Source of the DNA: Balamuthia mandrillaris
Taxonomy: Eukaryota
Reading direction: 5' to 3'
Length of the DNA: 59,750 nucleotides
NCBI GenBank assembly: GCA_031835245.2
Contig: JAVKOQ020000090.1
Coordinates: forward strand, 124,001 to 183,750
In this document: positions 13,248 to 20,987 of the stretch, piece by piece
Layout of the letters: each line of letters opens with the position of its first letter
Numbering within the stretch: the stretch's first letter is position 1
The notes under the pieces: model-generated
What the model was told of the DNA's origin: nothing
Database searches by the model: none
What the model saw: only the letters and a program-made list of their open reading frames with translations
Translations under genes and position numbers: made by a program

Positions 13248-13711
13248 CCCCCCCTGGTGCTAATCGCTGGTCACGTTTTAAAGGGATTGGTCAGAGCATG
13301 GGGAAAATGACATAACTGAACCCTTTGATCTAATTGTGAGCAACCCTCCCTACATTCCCTCCCATGATATCCCCTCCTTATCAGCGTCAGTGAGAAACTA
13401 CGAGCCTCGGGCTGCTCTTGACGGTGGCGATGATGGTCTCGACGCCTATCGTTCTATTGCCCGGCAAATCAGCCGCTGGCAGACCCGATGGTCCCGCCAA
13501 CAAAACAACCAGAGGTTCTTGCTCGTGGAGGTAGGCCAAGGCCAAGCTCGTGAGGTTTGTATCGTCGAAGCCACGATGTGTTTCTTTGTTGTTCTCTCAC
13601 TACCGCTCTTTTGTTTGTGCAAAGGTTTGCCAGGTGTTCAACTTTTTACAGCACGTGACAACGAAGCGGGACCTGGCGGGTTTGGAGCGATGCGTTGCGT
13701 TTCAGCTTTGA
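12280..13711 (+). CDS. hemK: HemK/PrmC release-factor glutamine N5-methyltransferase, probably mitochondrial (4 exons)
   Basis: [61 protein letters not shown]. Arg-rich N-terminal presequence. Confidence 0.9.
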
Positions 13712-13843
13712 TATGCTTTCAACGATAAAGGTTGGTGGCTTTACAAGTATTAGAATAATTCTTCTTTATTGATCCTCCTCTTTACACAAATAAATAAGAA
13801 TAGAATGAATAGTGGTACAGCTGCACAACTTTTTTCTGCGCCG

Positions 13844-15010
13844 TTAGCCGCAGACATGCGTGCAAGACACGCAGATTCGGGCCTCGCACAACGAACAGCG
13901 ACTGCCACAGAGCATGCTGTCGCAAGTGACCCGCTTGCACATGTTGCAGAGCCTTCGGCACAAGGCACAGGAGCACTCCCCGCAGTGAGCACAGGTGAAG
14001 AGCTGCGATGGTGGGATGCCGCACTTGGCGCAGCGCAGCGGCTCCAGTTGCTGAAAGATCTTGCGGGTCTCTTCCTCGCCCAACTCCAAGGCATCTGCCT
14101 CTTGGCTGGCACCGGTTTCTCCTCCAGCGCTATCGCCGCGCTCATCGTAGGCACAAACAGCCGAAGAAGACGAAAGATCAACAGCCGCCGTTATTGCTGC
14201 GGTTGATGCTTCCTCGGCTTGCTCCATCATCATCATCAATGCACTTCTCTTCACGTCTTGCTCTGCAAAAAGCTCTTCGGCTTCTTCATCTTCTGGCGAG
14301 ACCGAGCCCCTCCCGCAACCAACAAGTTTATCCGTCGTTCCGAAAGGCCACTCCTCCAAGTCCGAGTCGAACCCAGAAGAACAAGAGGAAGAAGAACAGC
14401 AAGAGGGAGAAGGGGATGAGGTAGGATGTTTGTGGTGATGATCTCTGATCGGCAGGCTGCAATCTCCAAACAACGAGAACCAGAGCATGGCATCCTTGGA
14501 GACCTTCTTCCAACGGCGACAAACCAGTGATAAGGGCTTCACACTGTTGGCAGAAGTAAACTGAAAGATCCTGAAGAGGACCTCCTCTGGCAGGCGGTCC
14601 ACGTATGTACATATGTCACTGTCTTCATCGGCGTTGTTGTCACATGGTTGATGACGCGATCTACGAACGAACGGCTCACAGTGGTAGACAAAGGCTTTGC
14701 CCTCTCCGTTGGCCGTATCGAGCTTCCTTCGTTTGTGCTTGGTGTTTAGGAAGATGGCCTTCATCGGCTTCTCCTCTGGATAAAGTTCAGGAAAAGGCCC
14801 CTCTTCCTCCTCCTCTTCTTCTTCCTCTTCAGCGTATTCCTCCTCCTCTTCTAGCTCCTCCTTTTCATGCTTAAAGTAGTAATGCTTGCTTTGCTTATCC
14901 TCTTCTCCAGGTCTGCTGAAAGGGACGTTACCAGCGGCACCGTCAAGTGCCCCTTCAGCAAGGTCCTCTCCTTCCGTTGCAGTCATCAAAAGGGAAAGGT
15001 GTCTTTTCAT
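13844..15010 (-). CDS. F-box protein with C-terminal Cys-rich (multiple CxxC) region, single exon
   Basis: F-box VDRLPEEVLFRIFQF...LSLVCRRWKKVSKDAMLW. C-terminal CAKC..CAHC..CALC..CNMC..CSLC..CVSC. Confidence 0.8.
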   Translation of the reverse strand: MKRHLSLLMTATEGEDLAEGALDGAAGNVPFSRPGEEDKQSKHYYFKHEKEELEEEEEYAEEEEEEEEEEGPFPELYPEEKPMKAIFLNTKHKRRKLDTANGEGKAFVYHCEPFVRRSRHQPCDNNADEDSDICTYVDRLPEEVLFRIFQFTSANSVKPLSLVCRRWKKVSKDAMLWFSLFGDCSLPIRDHHHKHPTSSPSPSCCSSSSCSSGFDSDLEEWPFGTTDKLVGCGRGSVSPEDEEAEELFAEQDVKRSALMMMMEQAEEASTAAITAAVDLSSSSAVCAYDERGDSAGGETGASQEADALELGEEETRKIFQQLEPLRCAKCGIPPSQLFTCAHCGECSCALCRRLCNMCKRVTCDSMLCGSRCSLCEARICVSCTHVCG

Positions 15011-15214
15011 AAGTTGTCGACAAAAATTTAGCTTGGCGTGGAGTGGGGGTGGTGACGTGTGTAAGGTGCATCAGCGGAATTACTGCCCTACGCGCGTTTT
15101 TTTTTTCTCTGTGTGTGTGTGTGTGGGTGTTTTTTGCTGTGTTGGCCAAAGGCAGAGCTCCGCTCCGTTTGACAGATAGATGAAAAAAAGAGAAACAGCG
15201 TGGCAGGGCAAAGA

Positions 15215-15578
15215 GCCGTTAAATACGGTGAAAAATTAGGAACCCTTCCAAAAACCTTAAAAAGACTTGAATTTTCGGAGTTCAGGTATTATTTTCCTTT
15301 TTCAGACCTGGTGTTTCGGGATTGGTTGAGTTACACCAAAAGGAAAGACATGGTGACGTGTGCACACAAATCCTCCGTTCTCCCATTCGCCGGAGCTTTA
15401 TTCTGGTTATTAGAACGAGTGCCTAATTTGACTAGTTCCGGAGGCTTCCGATTTGTAGATGTAACTCCGGAACGGATAATTAAAAATTCCGATGATTATG
15501 AAAACAGATGCGAAGAATTCGCCTTAGTTTGCCAGATAACGAGTTGAAACGACCGGACAGGATGCTGAATTAAAGGCG
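15215..15578 (+). ncRNA. Candidate structured ncRNA (~365 nt) with telomerase-RNA-like core arrangement; identity unproven
   Basis: Many complementary segments: 15233-40/15422-29 (8 bp), 15265-73/15279-87, 15292-301/15338-47 (10 bp), 15309-14/15333-38, 15435-43/15465-73 (9 bp), 15520-25/15573-78. G-U wobbles favour the + strand. Confidence 0.45.
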
Positions 15579-15631
15579 CAAGGTGGTGGGGAGGGAAACG
15601 AAGAAGAGGGAAGCAGCCAAGGTGGTGCGGT

Positions 15632-16956
15632 ATGGGGGCACCTTGTTGTTGGTCCGTGGGGCCACTCGCAACAACGACGACGGCAACAGCCGCCGACCTA
15701 CAGCAGCCATTAGAGCGAAACCTCCACGACTACCGGCGGCATGCACAGAACTTGTTTGTCGGTTCTTTCGCTGGCATGGCGGGGGTGTGCGCTGGCCATC
15801 CTTTCGACACGGTGAAGGTTCGCTTCTAGAGTTGTCTTGGAGTGTTTCGTGCAACTTTCACTTCTAACGGGGATAATAGGTGAGACTGCAAGCTCAATAC
15901 GGGGCGCAACGGTTGCTTTATGCTGGCCTTGGGGAGTGTGTTCGTAGCACATGGCGCGCTGAAGGCCTCGTTGGCTTTTATAAAGGTAGGCAAACGGAAG
16001 AGCAGAAGAGAACGAAAGAGGAGAGAAAAGAGAGGAGCAGAGAAGCAGAGAAAAGTGGGAAGAGAAGACTATAAAGTGGCAAGAAGAAGCAACGATGGCC
16101 GCGCTAACCTGGTTATCCTCTCTCAGGCATGCTAACGCCGATGCTGGGTTCCTCTGTTGTTGCTTCGGTGCTTTTTGGATCTTTCAGCATAACCACGCGA
16201 GCTGTGTCTGGCTTTGACGACGTTAACCTCCTGTCATTGCCGCAAATATTTCTCGCCGGCGGGTTATGCAGTTTCTTCGTGTCTAATTTCAACACTCCTA
16301 TCGACCTCGTCAAGTCCCGGCTGCAGATCCAGAGAAGGATCGCCGCTTCAAGCTCGATCCATGGTGGTGGTGGTGTTTGGTACAACGGACCTTGGCATTG
16401 CGTTAAACATACTCTCAAAACGGAAGGTGTCACTGGGCTATGGCGAGGATGGACAGCAACCGTTTTGCGAGATTGCTTTAGTCTGTCAATGTACCTTGGT
16501 AGTTATCACTGGATGAGACGGTTCTCTTCTCTTCTTTCTTGTTGTTTCTTTCTTTCTAAAAAGTCTTTTTGCATCACCTAATAGGACGTTCGGCCAAAGC
16601 ACCAATTCCGTTTTCAGCAACATGATCGTGCAACTATGCATAGGAGGAGTGGCTGGTTGTCTTGGTTGGGCAACAGGTACACTTTATGATTCCACTTTGT
16701 TTCAGTCATCGCCACTTCGTGTTAACCATAACTCGCTACAGCATATCCTTTAGATGTAGTTAAGACGCGGCTTCAAACACAACAATCGCAGAGATATAGT
16801 GGCATTTATGACTGTGCGCTTCAAACGCTGAACAGGGGCGGGCTTAAGGAGTTCTATAGAGGACTAACACCAACTCTCCTCAGAGCATTTCCAGTGAATG
16901 CAGTGATGCTGCTCGCCTACGAACTAGGAAGTCAACTTATTCAAGAACAACTATAA
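15632..16956 (+). CDS. Mitochondrial carrier family (SLC25) protein, carnitine/ornithine-carrier-like (5 exons)
   Basis: Three PxDxxKxRxQ signatures after splicing: HPFDTVKVRLQ, TPIDLVKSRLQ, YPLDVVKTRLQ. Also RAFPVNA. Confidence 0.9.
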
Positions 16957-17056
16957 CATTTTTTTCGAAGCTGTACATTTCATTGGCTCTCTTATTGGCT
17001 TCTTCTTCTCCTTTTTTTTTCTCTCTCATTTATGTGTCGCCAACGCCTTACTTATC

Positions 17057-18106
17057 TTATTTGCTAACTTTATACTTGTCCAAAAAGTCAGAGGCGGGTC
17101 TCTGGCTCTGACTGCTCTTCCTGGAGGCTTTGACGATCTTGAGGAATGTGCCCTCGCTATTAAAGCCAAGGTCCTCTTCAGTAGGAGGAGAGCTACCAAT
17201 CTTATACGCCTCAAGCCCCTCTGGAATAGCTGTCTCCTTTTCTCTATTGCCTCCACCAACAGCAGCACTAGCACCCCCGCCGCCACTTGCCGAAATGCGG
17301 TACTTGTCGAGAGAAAAGTCACCTTCGTCGTTACCCTTCTTGATGGAAGGAGCAGTTGATGATTTGGTCTGCTTTGGTTGTTGTTGCGGTAGATGTTGTT
17401 GGGAGGTGGAAAGCGCTGATTGTACCTTATACTTGGCAAGTGGGTCTTCGTCTCTCTTAATAGAGGCTTGTGGTTGCGGTTGCGGTTGTGGTTGCGATTG
17501 AGGTTGGCTTTGTGGGATGTGAATGCCTTGTCTTTGAAGGCGAAGCTGAGCCGCTGAGGTTGGTGCGGCTTTGGCAGCTGGCGCGGGTGTGGGCGCAGGC
17601 GCAGGCGCAGCAGCTGGTGACGAAGACTTATTGTTGATCTTGTATTTGTCGAGACTGGACTCCTGAGGTTTTGAATCTTTGGGGATGTGATTCATACCTT
17701 TGATCTCCCTCGCCACAAAGCTGCCGGATGGGAAGTTGTTGTTTGTAGATGAGGCACCGACGTTGGTGTCAACTCGGTACTGATCTAAGGCGGAGTCCTC
17801 CTGTCTGTCTTTCTTTTCCGTGATGTGCATGTTCTTGACTTGGCGCAAAGGTTCCGAGGGAGAGTCGGGGGCTTTCTCTCCGCCCTTCTTTTGTATTTTG
17901 TACTTGTTCAAAAGGTCCTCTTCTTGCTTGGGCATGCTTCTGCTGCTGTTGTGCACTTCCCTTTCGGTCCTGATGATGACAGAGGCCGTTGTGGCAGAGG
18001 CTTCTCCAGGCCCAATCTTGTACTTGTTTAGAAGATCCTCCTCCTTTTTCCCTGCCGCTCTATTCGCATCCTCTCCTCCAAACTTGGAAAAAAAGTTGGA
18101 GCTCAT
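17057..18106 (-). CDS. Disordered protein carrying eight LxxY[KR][IV] repeats
   Basis: Single ~349-aa ORF from ATG 18106 with LLNKYKI x2, LDQYRV, LDKYKI, LAKYKV, LDKYRI, LEAYKI, LDKYKV. Confidence 0.75.
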   Translation of the reverse strand: MSSNFFSKFGGEDANRAAGKKEEDLLNKYKIGPGEASATTASVIIRTEREVHNSSRSMPKQEEDLLNKYKIQKKGGEKAPDSPSEPLRQVKNMHITEKKDRQEDSALDQYRVDTNVGASSTNNNFPSGSFVAREIKGMNHIPKDSKPQESSLDKYKINNKSSSPAAAPAPAPTPAPAAKAAPTSAAQLRLQRQGIHIPQSQPQSQPQPQPQPQASIKRDEDPLAKYKVQSALSTSQQHLPQQQPKQTKSSTAPSIKKGNDEGDFSLDKYRISASGGGGASAAVGGGNREKETAIPEGLEAYKIGSSPPTEEDLGFNSEGTFLKIVKASRKSSQSQRPASDFLDKYKVSK

Positions 18107-18409
18107 TCTCTCGTTGGTCAGGCGGTGATGATGATGTGCGAGGTGGTATGGGAATGACGCCAACTCTCTTGCTCTCGGTTACAACCGAAGTGAAGCAGTC
18201 CTGGGCTGACCTCTCTCCCTTTTTTATAAATTTTTTTTGTCTCAAGCGTCGTGCTTGGTCGGTGAAACGGCGTTTTATTTCCTTTTATCATTCAGTATTT
18301 CCTTTTTAAGGAAAACATGTATCACCATGACCCCTCCGGCAGAAATGTCGACAAATACTCCCTCATATTTTTTTTTTGGTTTGAGAAGAAAGGAAGAGCG
18401 ACTCTCGCT

Positions 18410-19671
18410 ATGCAAGACAAGGCTGCCGCCGTGCCGGAGGAACATCCCGAGCACCCTCGCTCCCTCATACCTGAGCTCCTGAGACAATTCTACCACCTTG
18501 GTTGGGTCACTGGAACTGGCGGTGGCATCAGCATTCGTAATGGGTAATTTTTTTTTCCTCCTCTCTATTTATTTTTGCAGTGTTGCATTAAAAATAAGTG
18601 CTGATGTGCTACCAAAAGAGAGGAGGTCTACATAGCGCCCTCTGGCGTTCAGAAAGAGCGCGTTCACACCGATGACATGTTTATCTACAACCGGGTATGC
18701 TGTTCTTCCTCCTTGCTCTTCTCCCTTCTTGTTGTTGTTGTTGTTGTCTTATGTTCTTCTTCTTCTTCTTCTTCTTCTTCTTCTTCTTCTTCTTCTTCTT
18801 CTTCTTCTTCTTGTTCTTGTTCTTCTTCTTCTTCTTCTTCTTCTTCTTCTTCTTCTTCTTCTTCCCTCTCCCTCCTTCCTTCTCCCTTCGTTCTTCTGCT
18901 TCTCTCTCGTTACGAAACTGACACTAAATACGAAACAAGGCAGGCGAATTGCAACACACTCCCGCTGGAGAGTGCTTACGTCCCAGGTACCGCCTACTGG
19001 CTGCTCTTTCGTTTGTGCATGAACTCGTTTTTGGCCGACTGACTGAATTCTCTCTGTTTTCTGTATGGCAAAACCAGTGCTTGCACTCCGCTGTTCTTTA
19101 ACGCTTACAACATGCGTAACGCGGGAGCTTGCATTCACACGTAACTTTCCTTTCTCTCTGTTCTCTGCTCTCTGCGCTTTCCCTTTATACTCTCACACCC
19201 TCTCTGCACCTCTCTCTCTCTCTCTCTCATCCATATTCATTTTCGTTCGCTATTAACAAATAGCCACTCGATGAACGCCATGCTGGTGACAATGCTCTAC
19301 GAAGATGAGTTCCGGATCACTCACCAAGAAATGATAAAGGGAATTAAGGGCCATGGATTCCTCGACACCCTCGTCGTTCCCATTATCGATAACACTCCCC
19401 ACGAAGCTGAGCTGAAGGACAGCATGGCTGCTGCCATGGAGAAGTATCCCAAGGCCACCGCCGTACTTGTTCGCAGGCATGGTGTTTACGTTTGGGGGTA
19501 GCTTTCTCTTTTGCTCGCTCTTTTTATCTCTCCGACTGCATTACTAACAACTTGAAAAGGGAGACGTGGCAAGAAGCAAAGACTCAGTGCGAGTGCTATG
19601 ACTATCTTTTTGAGGCTGCTGTCAAGATGAAGCAGATGGGCATCGACCCTCTCAGCAAACAACAATCCTAG
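18410..19671 (+). CDS. APIP: Methylthioribulose-1-phosphate dehydratase (APIP/MtnB, methionine salvage; 6 exons)
   Basis: [70 protein letters not shown]. Confidence 0.93.
18754..18864 (+). repeat. (TTC)n microsatellite in an APIP intron
   Basis: Directly visible. Confidence 0.95.
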
Positions 19672-19762
19672 ACATCATAATGTGGCCTTGTAGCTCTCTC
19701 TCACTCTCTCACTCTCTCATGACTATTTAAAACAAGCGTTACAAACAATGAGTTCTTTATTT

Positions 19763-19798
<36 letters not shown>

Positions 19799-19813
19799 AT
19801 GTATAAAGTGGTA

Positions 19814-20614
19814 TCACTTCAAGGGAGAAGAGACAGCATCCAAAGAAGGAGAAGAAGCAGGCGAGCAAGAGGAAGTGGGAGCCTGGTATCCCCAACGAAG
19901 AGGAGAAGAAGAAGGGTGGCCACTAAAGTAAGAGACGAGCAGCCAAGTGGCAGCAAGCAGCAACGACAGGAGCAGCACCATCGAGGAGGTGGCCCCTTGC
20001 TTCCCCATGTAGCTGGTCTGCAAGCCGACCAGAATAGCCAGAATGGCGAGGCCCCACATGACCTTGGCAAAGTTTCTGTGCCACCGTAGAAAAGCGGCGA
20101 TGGAGCCCGCGGACAAGCCAAGCTTGTTACGAAGGAAGGAGTGCAGCCAAAAGCTGGCCGCGCCGGTTGCCACGTTCAGGAGGAGGCACACAAAGGCCAA
20201 GAGGCCGAACCACGAGTGCCACGACTTGAAGTGGTGCTTGCCGAGGTTGAACTTGTTCTGCACGACGACGTAGAAGGAGGCGACGGCCAGGAGGAAAGCA
20301 ACCAGGTGCAGGTAGGCATGCACGCTCTTGCGTTGTCTGCGGGAGAGGCTCTGTTCGATGCCGTCACAAACGGCAGAAGAAGATAGAGAAGAAGAGGGGG
20401 AGGTGGAAGTGGAACCACTGCACGATGAGTTCAAAAGGCTATCTGCGGAGGAAGGAGTGTAGGTGAGCATCAGCACGGCCTCTCCCATCAAAACGACGTA
20501 GGAGAGGGCAGCCAAAGTCACGTGGTAGGAAAAGAAGTAGGTGGCATCGAAGCAATACAAAAACAGCAACGCGGTCCAGCCCCACAAAAGTGCACGCCCC
20601 AACAACCTCAGCAT
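19814..20614 (-). CDS. Cytochrome b561 domain-containing membrane protein (CYB561D-like)
   Basis: About six hydrophobic segments with heme-ligand histidines: FSYH, VHAYLH, HFKSWHSWFG, RWHR. Confidence 0.85.
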   Translation of the reverse strand: MLRLLGRALLWGWTALLFLYCFDATYFFSYHVTLAALSYVVLMGEAVLMLTYTPSSADSLLNSSCSGSTSTSPSSSLSSSAVCDGIEQSLSRRQRKSVHAYLHLVAFLLAVASFYVVVQNKFNLGKHHFKSWHSWFGLLAFVCLLLNVATGAASFWLHSFLRNKLGLSAGSIAAFLRWHRNFAKVMWGLAILAILVGLQTSYMGKQGATSSMVLLLSLLLAATWLLVSYFSGHPSSSPLRWGYQAPTSSCSPASSPSLDAVSSPLK

Positions 20615-20987
20615 GATGCAGGTGTTCTCTTCGCTTTTGTTGTGTGCTTGGTTCGTTCGCTTGTTCGCTTTTTTTGTTTGTATTTTTTGGTTAATATTTG
20701 TGTGTTTAAATAATATATATAACATGTATGTTGTTTGTGTGTGTGTCCCTTTAGTAGCTCTCAAGGGAGATAGGCACGGCGTGCAGGCTTGGGGTTGGTT
20801 TGTGGAGCTAAACTCGATGAAAACCCAACCCTTTGAAGACGACCATGCATGCAGGTTTTGGCAAAGACTGTGCTCCACAACAAGCACACACAGACCAAAC
20901 GGCGGGGGCACGTGCAACAAACCCAGTTTAAATTCTCTCCTTTTTTAAGGGTAGAATCTGGGGTATTCACAGATGCAGCTGCTGTAT

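Noticed and set aside
15200..15547. 115-aa ORF over the structured element
   Set aside because: GTG start in a eukaryote and no recognisable domain; base-pairing explains the region better. Not fully excluded.
15485..15572. Box C/D snoRNA (GATGA...CTGA)
   Set aside because: Box C is imperfect (CCGATGA), no rRNA guide could be identified, and the CTGA lies within a predicted stem.
15215..15578. RNase P/MRP, SRP, snRNA or group I/II intron identity for the structured element
   Set aside because: I could not find the P4 CR-I/CR-V pair, SRP helix 8, snRNA signature sequences or intron catalytic motifs on either strand.
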